A stretch of 42,145 nucleotides of DNA. It comes from Escherichia phage vB_EcoS-Ro145c2YLVW. The DNA is taken from sequence record NC_073322.1; one strand, 5' to 3'. The notes under the pieces were generated by a model. The model was not told the origin of the DNA. It worked only from the letters and a program-made list of their open reading frames with translations, and searched no databases. Shown here piece after piece: positions 16,518-25,259 of the stretch (positions are counted from its first letter, which is position 1; the number at the start of each line of letters is the position of its first letter). The translations under genes and the position numbers were made by a program.

Positions 16518-17684
16518 ATGGCTACAACTCCTTTTAAGGGCGCGAATACCGCGCAATTCTATGTGGCGGAAGTGACCCCGGGCGTAACACCAAGTAACCC
16601 GGTATGGTCGCCGTTGCGTAGCACTGGCGGCGTTCCTGCCGTAACCCGCGATGCGCTGACTTCCAACGAACTGGACGGCAGCCGTGAAACTACATCCATC
16701 CGCACTGGCAATAAGCAGGTAAGCGGGGAGTATGCCATCGAACTTAGCTCTCGTAGTCAGGATGATTTCCTGGCTGGCGCGATGACTTCTACGTGGCAGG
16801 ATGGGGTAGAGATTACGGGTGCCGAAATTACTGTCGCCCCCGCAGGTAAAACATTCACCCGCGCTGCCGGTAGCTTCATTACTGACGGTGTAGAAGTTGG
16901 TGACCTTATTGCGTTCACCGACTTAACCGGCGACAACGCAAAACCGTTTATCGTGACCGCGGTTTCTGCTCTTGTAGTTACGGGTGCGGGCATTCAGCAC
17001 ACGCTGACAGCAGAGACTGTAACCACCGACGCTAAAACTGGCGATAAACTGGAAACCGGTAACGCATGTAAGACGTTCTCCATCCTGACATGGTTCAAAG
17101 GACAGTGCGGGAACCCTGACGCGTACATGTTGACCAAAGGCGTGGAAATCTCCGGTTTCACCATTGAACAGGCCGTAAACGCGATGGTGACAGGCAGCTT
17201 CCCGTTCATCGGCCTGAGTCAGGAGATTCTTACCACGCCGCCGTCTGGCTCTGATTTCTCTCAGGTGACGTTCACGGACGAGCCGTTCTCTTCTGTAGAT
17301 GTGTCTGTGTTCGACGGTTCTACGCCGTTGCGTTGCGATACTCTCACTATCACCAACGATAACGGTGCTTCCGCGCAGTTCGAACTCGGCAACAGTAGCG
17401 TCGCGTTCGTGGAACGGGGGCGCGCAGCTAACACCTTTTCCATCTCCGGTAAGCTGTACGACATGACGATGATTCAGAAGTTTATCAACGAGCAGCAGGT
17501 AGAGATTAACTCTATTCTGGCGGGGGTAAACGGGGCTATGTCTTTCAGTTTGAAACGTGCGGAACTTACGGCGGTTACGCCTGAGATTGGCGGACCTGAG
17601 TCAATCACCCAGAGCATAGAAGGACAGTCCACAGGCAATCAATATCAATCTTCTATTGTAATACAGCGTATTAGCTACGCGTAA
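16518..17684 (+). CDS. major tail protein (putative)
   Basis: Large Thr/Ser/Gly-rich protein at canonical position; track ORF trimmed to ATG 16518. Confidence 0.6.
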   Translation: MATTPFKGANTAQFYVAEVTPGVTPSNPVWSPLRSTGGVPAVTRDALTSNELDGSRETTSIRTGNKQVSGEYAIELSSRSQDDFLAGAMTSTWQDGVEITGAEITVAPAGKTFTRAAGSFITDGVEVGDLIAFTDLTGDNAKPFIVTAVSALVVTGAGIQHTLTAETVTTDAKTGDKLETGNACKTFSILTWFKGQCGNPDAYMLTKGVEISGFTIEQAVNAMVTGSFPFIGLSQEILTTPPSGSDFSQVTFTDEPFSSVDVSVFDGSTPLRCDTLTITNDNGASAQFELGNSSVAFVERGRAANTFSISGKLYDMTMIQKFINEQQVEINSILAGVNGAMSFSLKRAELTAVTPEIGGPESITQSIEGQSTGNQYQSSIVIQRISYA

Positions 17685-17688
17685 GTAA

Positions 17689-17708
17689 AAGGCCCCGAAA
17701 GGGGCCTT
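17689..17708. terminator. bidirectional hairpin terminator AAGGCCCC-GAAA-GGGGCCTT
   Basis: Perfect 8-bp GC stem with GAAA loop between convergent genes; identical copy at 18218-18237. Confidence 0.6.
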
Positions 17709-17709
17709 A

Positions 17710-18204
17710 CTATTTACCGTGGTTCTCGTGGAACCCCAAATCTCTTTCAGCAACTCTCCTCGCGGCAACTGCATCTAGTATCGTCTTAAAGCACCCGATA
17801 TGTGTTTTTACGTTATTGTTGAATATCTGCGCGTACCACAACCTTTCTTTCGCGTTCCAGTAGACTCCGGTTACTCCTGATTTATTATTACGCTGTTTTG
17901 ACATATTTTTATGGTTTTCCGCATTGGACTTTTTAGCTAAGTTAAGCGGTCTATTGTTTATTCGGTCATGGTCTAGATGGTCTATTTGATCTGACGAGGT
18001 TAGCTTATTGTTAGGATTGTTTAAGTCCCAAGCTATACGGTGCGCCGCATGCCATTTACCCCGGAAAAATATCCTTCTATATCCGTCTCGCTGGACGGTA
18101 CCTGCTTCCTCTCCAGCCTTAGCCCTCCCGGACCGGGTTACTCTGTTAAATATCCTTCCTGAAATTAAGTCGTATATGAAAAATTCATTCCAATCCATAA
18201 TCAT
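17710..18204 (-). CDS. HNH homing endonuclease with AP2-type DNA-binding domain
   Basis: HNH-type motifs (YRRIFFRGKWHAAHRIAW, IDHLDHDRINN) and C-terminal GVTGVYW...W segment. Confidence 0.8.
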   Translation of the reverse strand: MIMDWNEFFIYDLISGRIFNRVTRSGRAKAGEEAGTVQRDGYRRIFFRGKWHAAHRIAWDLNNPNNKLTSSDQIDHLDHDRINNRPLNLAKKSNAENHKNMSKQRNNKSGVTGVYWNAKERLWYAQIFNNNVKTHIGCFKTILDAVAARRVAERDLGFHENHGK

Positions 18205-18217
18205 CTCCTATTGTGAT

Positions 18218-18237
18218 AAGGCCCCGAAAGGGGCCTT
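18218..18237. repeat. second copy of AAGGCCCCGAAAGGGGCCTT hairpin
   Basis: 20/20 nt identical to 17689-17708; followed by T run on plus strand. Confidence 0.6.
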
Positions 18238-18241
18238 TTTC

Positions 18242-18472
18242 TTACTCATCAATATTACTCCTGTACTCCCGTAACTTCTCCAGACTCTCAATTGCTTCCG
18301 CTAAGTCGGTTCCTGTGTCCTTGTGCCCCCGCAAGCCCATACACAATAGCTTCTTCAATGCGTGCTGTAACGCCGGGTCGCGGATGTCGAAGGCACGTAG
18401 CACGTCGTAAACGTCTACTGTCATAGTGCTGCCGTGAGTGTTTGTCATTGTGCGGTTGTATTTTGAAGTCAT
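18242..18472 (-). CDS. hypothetical protein (76 aa)
   Basis: Track ORF between the two HNH genes. Confidence 0.5.
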   Translation of the reverse strand: MTSKYNRTMTNTHGSTMTVDVYDVLRAFDIRDPALQHALKKLLCMGLRGHKDTGTDLAEAIESLEKLREYRSNIDE

Positions 18473-18485
18473 AAATCAATCTCCC

Positions 18486-18956
18486 CTACTCATGGTTTTC
18501 ATGAAAACCGTATTTACTCTCGGCGGCTTTACGCGCGGCAACCGCTACATCAAAATCGTCGTAAAGCCCTAAATGCACTTGTTTGTAGTTAACTTTTATA
18601 AACGCGCGCCACTTACCCGCGGCTTTGTGGAAACTTACACCTGTAGCCCCGGATTTATTTATCTTTCTCATAGTTTTATTTTTACTGTCCCCTGTATTGT
18701 CGGTGGCGCGTAGATTTTCTATTCTATTGTCTAGCCTGTTATGGTTTATGTGGTCTATTTGAGTTTTCCTGTCTAAGTCGCATTTATTATAAAGACACCA
18801 TGCTATGCGGTGGACATACACTGTTTTACCACCCATACCGCAGCACAGATAGCCTCTTACACCAACCGTACCAACCTCAGCACCAGTAGATATCCTGGTA
18901 ACCTGCCCCGTCTCAGGGCAGTATTTAAATTGTTTTGAAACATCAAGATACTTCAT
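18486..18956 (-). CDS. HNH homing endonuclease with AP2-type domain (paralog)
   Basis: VYVHRIAW, IDHINHNRLDN and GATGVSF...W motifs; paralogous to 17710..18204. Confidence 0.8.
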   Translation of the reverse strand: MKYLDVSKQFKYCPETGQVTRISTGAEVGTVGVRGYLCCGMGGKTVYVHRIAWCLYNKCDLDRKTQIDHINHNRLDNRIENLRATDNTGDSKNKTMRKINKSGATGVSFHKAAGKWRAFIKVNYKQVHLGLYDDFDVAVAARKAAESKYGFHENHE

Positions 18957-20083
18957 CTTAGCATCTCCGGTGAGATTGAAAGCCTACCTACTTCCCCGAA
19001 CTCTGAACTATAGGTTATGACATTAGCGGACCTCTTAGACATCCACCCGCCGCGAGAAGCATATGCATCTTTCGCCGCGAGAGTGCGATGTTGTTCCACT
19101 ACCATATTCCTACTTTCTACAATCTTTTGATGGTGGAGATGCCCGACATGTGCGTAACTGTACTCGCTTTCGCCAAATGCTTTTCTGAACTTAGCTATCA
19201 TAATGGGTTCGACCACCTCAAACCGGCATTTATGCCCGTGTGTAAAGAACAGTGTCGTTTTACCGTGTTGCACCATCTTGTAAACATCCGGCGACGTATC
19301 GACGAACACACGCGGCTCATTGTCGTACAGCGTACTGAACATCTCAGCCAACCAAATCATTCCGCTTTCGTCGTGGTTCCCTTGCACGATAAGCAAGCGA
19401 ACATTTTTATGCTTAACCAGCGCCATACCAACAACACGGCGTACCATACGAATCATGTAGCGGACTAGTTTCTGGTAGCGCGTGTCCGCATCAAGAACAT
19501 GACCGCTCGCTGGCGTAACGGCATCCAGACTATCGAAGTGTGCGAAGTCCCCGAGCAGATTAATGACTCCTGTTCCTGCATCTGGCGCTTTCTGGAATGC
19601 CGCATCGAACCATCGGGAGAACAGGTCTTCAGCAATCTTCATATCCCAGTCGTCGCCGCTCTCGTCGGCCCAGGCCAGCATGCCGAGATGGAAATCAGAT
19701 ACCGTGTAAAGATTGAGTAGTTTGTCGTCACGTTTGGCTCGAGTCGCTTTAACAGGCGCAACTGGGGTAATCTCTGACTTCATGCCTTCAACCACGGCTT
19801 TCATCAACTCAACCTGACGTTCGGCATCGGTGTCGGTCTTAACCCATTGCAACTTAGTGTTGCCGAACTCGTCTACCAGTGACGACGTTCCTTTAATCTT
19901 GTAGCCGTCTGGCACAAGGTGACTAACATCACGACCATGACCTACGCCTTTCTTCGCCAGCTTCGCTTTACGGATACGAATAACGCGGTCTGAGATGCCG
20001 TATTTACGGGCAATGTCGATATTCTTCATCCCGACGTTCAATTCTTCCTGTAACTGTTCGTCGGTTATTTTCTTCTGGGCCAT
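18953..20083 (-). CDS. calcineurin-like metallophosphoesterase with N-terminal HTH domain
   Basis: Ordered motifs DFH, GDFAHFD, GNHDE, THGHK, GHLHH match the metallophosphoesterase signature; N-terminal 110 aa has an HTH-like segment. Confidence 0.75.
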   Translation of the reverse strand: MAQKKITDEQLQEELNVGMKNIDIARKYGISDRVIRIRKAKLAKKGVGHGRDVSHLVPDGYKIKGTSSLVDEFGNTKLQWVKTDTDAERQVELMKAVVEGMKSEITPVAPVKATRAKRDDKLLNLYTVSDFHLGMLAWADESGDDWDMKIAEDLFSRWFDAAFQKAPDAGTGVINLLGDFAHFDSLDAVTPASGHVLDADTRYQKLVRYMIRMVRRVVGMALVKHKNVRLLIVQGNHDESGMIWLAEMFSTLYDNEPRVFVDTSPDVYKMVQHGKTTLFFTHGHKCRFEVVEPIMIAKFRKAFGESEYSYAHVGHLHHQKIVESRNMVVEQHRTLAAKDAYASRGGWMSKRSANVITYSSEFGEVGRLSISPEMLR

Positions 20084-20121
20084 GCTTACTTCCTCGTGTT
20101 TAGGATTTGTCCTATACTAGC

Positions 20122-20313
20122 TCACTTCTCGTTAACATTCGAGTTGCACGCCCAGATTAAAATAAATACCCACGGCAGCAGAACCCAACCAAGAAACAGG
20201 TTAGCCATGAATATCGCCAACTTCGCTTTATGGTTACGGAAATATGCAACCAGGAAAGGCGCGAAATAAGCGAGCAGTGCAAACAGAATTAAGGAAACTG
20301 GTAAACTTGACAT
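20122..20313 (-). CDS. small membrane protein (63 aa, two predicted TM helices)
   Basis: Track ORF trimmed to ATG 20313 with AAGGGG SD; own class A promoter. Confidence 0.5.
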   Translation of the reverse strand: MSSLPVSLILFALLAYFAPFLVAYFRNHKAKLAIFMANLFLGWVLLPWVFILIWACNSNVNEK

Positions 20314-20343
20314 TTTAAACCCCTTCATTGTTGGTGTAAGTGA

Positions 20344-20372
20344 ATAGTACCCTATTATATTGGGGTGTGCAA
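20344..20372 (-). promoter_or_regulatory. sigma70-like promoter, class A cassette
   Basis: Minus strand TTGCAC-17 nt-TACTAT; 30/32 identical to cassette at 10598-10626. Confidence 0.5.
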
Positions 20373-20480
20373 GTAATGTGATAGAATAATTTTGCGCCTA
20401 GTGTCGCACACGAAAAGCGGGTGGTTCCCGTCTGGCGCATTTATCGATAACCTGTAACCTCTTAACCAAAGGATTAAAGA

Positions 20481-20900
20481 ATGAAACTTTCTGATTTTTA
20501 TTTCGAAGAGAAAGCACTGGTAGGCAAGAAAATGCCGATTCTGCTGCCGAATGGCGAAGACTCCGGCGAGTGGCTTAATGTTGTAAGCCCTGATGCGGAT
20601 GCCGCCGTTAAAGCGGGGCGTGCTTTCATTATCGCGTACCGTCGCGGACTGGCGCGTTTTGAAGAACTGGAAAAAACCGCTAAAGCCTCCGGCGACTATA
20701 CAGAATATAACCTGGCGATTAATGAACTGGCGGAAGACCTCAACCGGCAACTCGCGGCTGAAGTCGTAAACGGCTGGAGCTTCGACGACGAGCCTTTCTC
20801 TAAGGAAGCGTTTAACAAATTGCTCGACCAGTTCAAAGGGCTTGGAACCCAGGTAGCCGCGTTCCATAACGCTGAGCGCAAAGCATTACAGGAAAAGTAG
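20481..20900 (+). CDS. tail assembly chaperone (putative, by position)
   Basis: First of two ORFs directly upstream of tape measure gene. Confidence 0.45.
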   Translation: MKLSDFYFEEKALVGKKMPILLPNGEDSGEWLNVVSPDADAAVKAGRAFIIAYRRGLARFEELEKTAKASGDYTEYNLAINELAEDLNRQLAAEVVNGWSFDDEPFSKEAFNKLLDQFKGLGTQVAAFHNAERKALQEK

Positions 20901-20932
20901 ACGCGCTGTACAGGTTCGCCACCTACGAGTTT

Positions 20933-21265
20933 GTGGATAAGCATAAAATCAGAGAGTTTGATTCTATAGCTGACGGACATGAACAGGCGCTTATCGCGAT
21001 GGGTGTAATCGATAAGAAAAAACGTGCAGCGCGACGGGGTGGGCCAGAATGTCCGCCCCTTTTCATATCCACCTTTGAGACGTATTGCGACATTAAGTTT
21101 ACGCGACACGTGCGCGAGGACGCTGTAGTATTGTTTGCAAGAGAATCCGTTACGTGGCAAGACCTGAAAGCCTATCTCGACGTTACACAAAAACAGCTTA
21201 GCCTGTTCGAGATAGACATTATCATGGGCTTAGAAGCAATCTTTGAAGGTAGAAACCATGGCTGA
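20933..21265 (+). CDS. second tail assembly chaperone-position ORF
   Basis: GTG start; frame is -1 relative to upstream ORF and open from 20876, but no canonical slippery heptamer seen. Confidence 0.35.
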   Translation: MDKHKIREFDSIADGHEQALIAMGVIDKKKRAARRGGPECPPLFISTFETYCDIKFTRHVREDAVVLFARESVTWQDLKAYLDVTQKQLSLFEIDIIMGLEAIFEGRNHG

Positions 21266-23528
21266 TATCGCTAGCTTGATAGTACGAGTATCCGCAACCG
21301 GCGTCGATAAAGTCACATCACAACTGAACGGGCTTACTAAAGCCGCAGGCGCTGCGGCTGCCGCCGTTGTCAGCCTGGAAACCGCTAAGCAGGTGTTCAG
21401 TGCGCTGGTGGACTCCCAGCGAAACTTCGATAAGCTGAACTCCGGCCTCATCACAATGACCGGGAGTGCTGAGAACGCGGCTAAGGCTTTCAGCGTCCTG
21501 CAACAGTTCGCGAAAGAAACCCCGTACGGCCTCAACCAGGCGGTGGAAGGCTTTACTAAACTTGTAGCCCTCGGCCTGAACCCCAGCAAAGAGGCGTTAA
21601 TCTCCTACGGCAACACCGCCGCTGCGATGGGTAAAGACCTTAATCAGATGATTGAGGCCGTGGCGGACGCCAGTACATTTGAATTTGAGCGACTGAAAGA
21701 GTTCGGTATTAAGTCTTCCCAACAGGCAGATACCGTTTCGTTCACGTTCCGCGGCGTAACGACCACAGTTAAGAAGAACTCCGAAGAAATTCAGAAATAC
21801 CTGCTAAACATCGGTAACACTGATTTCGCCGGGGCGATGGAAACGCGTTCGAAAACCCTTGACGGGCAGTTATCTAGCCTCGCGGACTCCTTTGACGGCC
21901 TTGTACTTGCGGTGGCGCAATCAGGTTTCGGCGACGCCGTAGGTGAGCAAGCTGCGACAGCGGAAGATGCCATCACGGCCCTAACCGATGCCATCGCGTC
22001 TAATGAGATAGCAGCCACGCTCCAGGATTGGGTGACACTGTTCAATGAATCGTTCAAGTTTATTTCTGACGCTTTGAACGATCTGGCATACGACACCGAG
22101 GACAAATCCGTGGATATGTCCGACTCGCTGGGGACTATCCCGGACGCTATTCGTGAGTGGTTGCCTGACATTCAGCAGACATTCCACGAGGTTATTGCGT
22201 GGTTCCAGCGCATTGACGATTACGCGGTCGCGTTAGGCCAGACCCTCGCCGACGTGTTCGACCCGAGCAAAACGGCAGCGCTAACATTTAAAAACCTGAC
22301 CGCAGAGGCCGACGCCGCATACGCCGCCAGCATAAAACGCGCAGAGGCCGAATCACAGGCTATCACCAACAGGTCTAAGCAGCGTAAGAAAGAAATTGAG
22401 GAACAGCGCAAGCAGTATGACGAGCGCAAGAAGCAAGAAATTGACTTAGCCAGCCTTGTTAATAAAAAGAGCGGAAATGGTGGAACCGGAAATACCAACG
22501 ACAAAGACGCGAAAGCCGCCGCTAAGAAAGCGGAGCAATTGCGTAAACAGGCCCAGGATTATCTCGACACTTTGGCCCGTCAGAACAACGACGAATTAAA
22601 GGCTATTGACGCACAGGAACAGCAGAAACTGGCTAAGGCAAAAGAGTTCTACAACCAGGGCGCGTTGGCTCTGAAAGAATACGAGCAAGCAAAAACGGCT
22701 ATCGTCCTCGAAGCCGGACAAGCACGGCAGGAAGAGCTGGATAAGCGAGAGAAAGAACGGCAGGAAAAGCAGCAGAAAGGTGAAGACTTCATGGCTCAGA
22801 TTATGGGTCAGAATGCCGCCGAGCTTGAGCTTCTGGAAATTCAGGAACAACAAAAACTGGACGTTGCGGACCGATACCGCGAACAGAACCTTATTAATGA
22901 GGAGCAGTACCAGGCTGCGGTTAATGCCATAAATGACCAATATGCTTTGAAGCGCGCCAACGCTACAGGTAACGCTTTCGGGATGATGGCGGATAACATG
23001 AAGGCCTCACTAGGGGAGGCGTCGTCCGCGTACAAAGCATTCGCTATTGCTCAGGCCACAATCGCCACATACACCTCCGCTATTGAGGCTTATAAATCAG
23101 CGTCCGCTATCCCCGTGATTGGCTGGGTTATGGGGCCAATTGCCGCCGCCGCCGCCGTAGCCGCCGGTATGGCTAACATAGGTAAGATTCGTTCGGCTCG
23201 TGAACAGGGTGGTCAATTATCCGCGGGCCAGATGTCCACCATCGCTGAACGCGGTAAACCGGAGGTTATCATGCCTGCGGGGGCATCGCGTGTGCGCACC
23301 GCGCAGCAGATGAAAGAGATTATGGGGCAAAACGGCGGAAACTCCGGCGGTGACAGCGTGACAATTGTCAACAACACCACCGGGCGAGTTGATTCTGCGG
23401 TAACAGAACGTGATGACGAAGGGCGTTTACGTATTATAATCAGTGAAACAGTATCGGCGGCGTTACAGGACAGCAACAGCGCAATCTCTAAGTCACGCCG
23501 TGCTACACGAAACCAGCCGGGGTATTAA
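21258..23528 (+). CDS. tail tape measure protein
   Basis: 757 aa, long coiled-coil central region, Gly-rich C-terminal segment; canonical position. Confidence 0.8.
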   Translation: MADIASLIVRVSATGVDKVTSQLNGLTKAAGAAAAAVVSLETAKQVFSALVDSQRNFDKLNSGLITMTGSAENAAKAFSVLQQFAKETPYGLNQAVEGFTKLVALGLNPSKEALISYGNTAAAMGKDLNQMIEAVADASTFEFERLKEFGIKSSQQADTVSFTFRGVTTTVKKNSEEIQKYLLNIGNTDFAGAMETRSKTLDGQLSSLADSFDGLVLAVAQSGFGDAVGEQAATAEDAITALTDAIASNEIAATLQDWVTLFNESFKFISDALNDLAYDTEDKSVDMSDSLGTIPDAIREWLPDIQQTFHEVIAWFQRIDDYAVALGQTLADVFDPSKTAALTFKNLTAEADAAYAASIKRAEAESQAITNRSKQRKKEIEEQRKQYDERKKQEIDLASLVNKKSGNGGTGNTNDKDAKAAAKKAEQLRKQAQDYLDTLARQNNDELKAIDAQEQQKLAKAKEFYNQGALALKEYEQAKTAIVLEAGQARQEELDKREKERQEKQQKGEDFMAQIMGQNAAELELLEIQEQQKLDVADRYREQNLINEEQYQAAVNAINDQYALKRANATGNAFGMMADNMKASLGEASSAYKAFAIAQATIATYTSAIEAYKSASAIPVIGWVMGPIAAAAAVAAGMANIGKIRSAREQGGQLSAGQMSTIAERGKPEVIMPAGASRVRTAQQMKEIMGQNGGNSGGDSVTIVNNTTGRVDSAVTERDDEGRLRIIISETVSAALQDSNSAISKSRRATRNQPGY

Positions 23529-23531
23529 ACT

Positions 23532-24026
23532 ATGTCTTCTTTAAGGTTCCCAATGTCCCTTCGGCCAATAGTGTCGAAGGGGTACTCCCAAACGCGAGGG
23601 AGTAATATCTGGCGTACAGAAGTTCAGGGTGGCGTACCTCGCCAGGGGCGTGCTACATACTTTGAACCGGTGCCGATTAGCGTTACCCTGGTCGTATCGT
23701 CACTAGGCCGCCAGGCTTTCTATAGCTTCCTGAATAACATAGACGGCGGTGCGTCGTCGTTCATCATGCCCCACGACACCGGGTTAGGTATCGAAGACCA
23801 CCAGGTGCTTATTACGTCAGACATTAGTGACAGTACTGATGACGGTAAGAACTGGGTTATTACGTTCACAGCAACAGCAGAACGCACTGCGATTCAGGAA
23901 GACACATGTCTTACGAAGAATCTTCCTGATTTGTTCGGTTGCTATGGTGATTGTTTAGGAGGGTTCCTCAAAGCATACGGAACCGCGCAATCAACGTTTC
24001 CACGAATTTGGGACCCGATGCAATGA
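23532..24026 (+). CDS. minor tail protein (distal tail, putative)
   Basis: Position immediately after tape measure. Confidence 0.5.
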   Translation: MSSLRFPMSLRPIVSKGYSQTRGSNIWRTEVQGGVPRQGRATYFEPVPISVTLVVSSLGRQAFYSFLNNIDGGASSFIMPHDTGLGIEDHQVLITSDISDSTDDGKNWVITFTATAERTAIQEDTCLTKNLPDLFGCYGDCLGGFLKAYGTAQSTFPRIWDPMQ

Positions 24027-24538
24027 GCCAGGAATCAGTAGAAGCCGCATATCGCCGTAAGCTGGCTTCTAACCCTGACGGCGAAATTGACTACACGACG
24101 CTGGAGATAGTTCACCCGCTTCTTTCGAAGCGGTATTTGCTTGTTCGCGGAACTTCCGACCTAACGGCGACGTTAGAGACTGGTGAAGTCGTTACGTTTG
24201 AGGCTACGCCTATGGAGGCTAAAGGGGCCGCCAACAATAACGACATGGACCAGCGAGCATCGTTCGCATTGCCCGATATTGGAAACCAGTTAGACGATGA
24301 GATGGATAGGATACCGCCCGATAATACCGTGTTGCCTAAGTTTATATTCCGCCGTTTTGTTAGTACCGATTTGTCTTACCCGGCTGACGGGCCTGTTGTG
24401 TACGAGTTGCAGTCGATAAACCAGGAGAAGGGGTTATTCACGGCGGATGTTGGCGTTCCTATGTTGAACCAAAGAGCCACTGGCGAGTTAATGACTCCTT
24501 CAGTAATCCCATTGTTACGTGGTATTTTGTCTACATGA
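24023..24538 (+). CDS. minor tail protein
   Basis: Track ORF 23951..24538 trimmed to ATG 24023 overlapping upstream stop. Confidence 0.5.
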   Translation: MSQESVEAAYRRKLASNPDGEIDYTTLEIVHPLLSKRYLLVRGTSDLTATLETGEVVTFEATPMEAKGAANNNDMDQRASFALPDIGNQLDDEMDRIPPDNTVLPKFIFRRFVSTDLSYPADGPVVYELQSINQEKGLFTADVGVPMLNQRATGELMTPSVIPLLRGILST

Positions 24539-24900
24539 ACATTAATTCTTATACTGGTCTTCCGTATGATTTTCGCCGCCGTAATTGCTGGCACCATGTG
24601 TGTAACGTTCGCGCGGACGCGGGGCTCCCCACGCCCGAGTTTAACGTCGCTTCGCCAACACAGATTAATGATGCCTTTGAAGAAGGCCATAAAGACACTA
24701 AAGGCCTCGTACACGTAGAAACTCCGCAAAACTTCGATGTCGTTCTGATGGCAACGCGACACAGAAACCGTGTAATCTGGCACGCTGGCGTATATTATGG
24801 TGGTATGGTCAGTCATTGCGAGCTAGCTAGTCGCCAGGTACGGTTAGACCGACTGGAAGACTTGCGCGAAACTTATGCGGAGATAGAATTTTGGCGCTGA
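24535..24900 (+). CDS. tail-tip protein with Cys/His peptidase-like motif (NlpC/P60-like, putative)
   Basis: NCWHHVCN ... H arrangement and position before the central tail-tip gene. Confidence 0.45.
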   Translation: MNINSYTGLPYDFRRRNCWHHVCNVRADAGLPTPEFNVASPTQINDAFEEGHKDTKGLVHVETPQNFDVVLMATRHRNRVIWHAGVYYGGMVSHCELASRQVRLDRLEDLRETYAEIEFWR

Positions 24901-25217
24901 TATTACACTACACCCGTAACGAAGACGGTACTTTCGACCGCAAACGGTACAACGTACCGCCGATGGAATACGTCGTTGCTAACATCCCTGACGGGGTGCC
25001 GGTACGTATTTACCGGGGCGAGATTGGCGAGGATACGGAAGTAACGGAAGATTTCGAAGCGCTGAAAGAAGACGACGTATTCCATATTATCGAAGGTGCT
25101 GGTGGCGGTGGCGGTGTTCTCGGAAAACTGCTTGACCCATTGGGTGTGCTTAAGTTTATCACTAAACTGATTTCCCCGTCGCAGACAACGCCTAAAACTA
25201 GTGTAGCTAACCAGTAA
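24891..25217 (+). CDS. tail assembly protein (lambda I-like position)
   Basis: Small protein with poly-Gly linker; C-terminal 17 codons repeated at N-terminus of next gene. Confidence 0.5.
   Translation: MALILHYTRNEDGTFDRKRYNVPPMEYVVANIPDGVPVRIYRGEIGEDTEVTEDFEALKEDDVFHIIEGAGGGGGVLGKLLDPLGVLKFITKLISPSQTTPKTSVANQ
25164..25214 (+). repeat. 51-bp direct repeat, copy 1
   Basis: AAACTGATTTCCCCGTCGCAGACAACGCCTAAAACTAGTGTAGCTAACCAG; 49/51 identical to 25278-25328. Confidence 0.8.
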
Positions 25218-25259
25218 TCCGGAGGGGGTTGTGTAGGGAAAGAGCGTAAACCTTGGGGG

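Noticed and set aside
20876-20897. Programmed -1 ribosomal frameshift site for the chaperone pair
   Set aside because: The frame relationship fits but no canonical slippery heptamer is present in the overlap, so no frameshift feature was called
20355-21190. Minus-strand ORFs 20355-20867 and 20696-21190 overlapping the tail assembly chaperone region
   Set aside because: Antisense to the chaperone-position ORFs and running through the class A promoter; plus-strand genes fit the tail-module synteny
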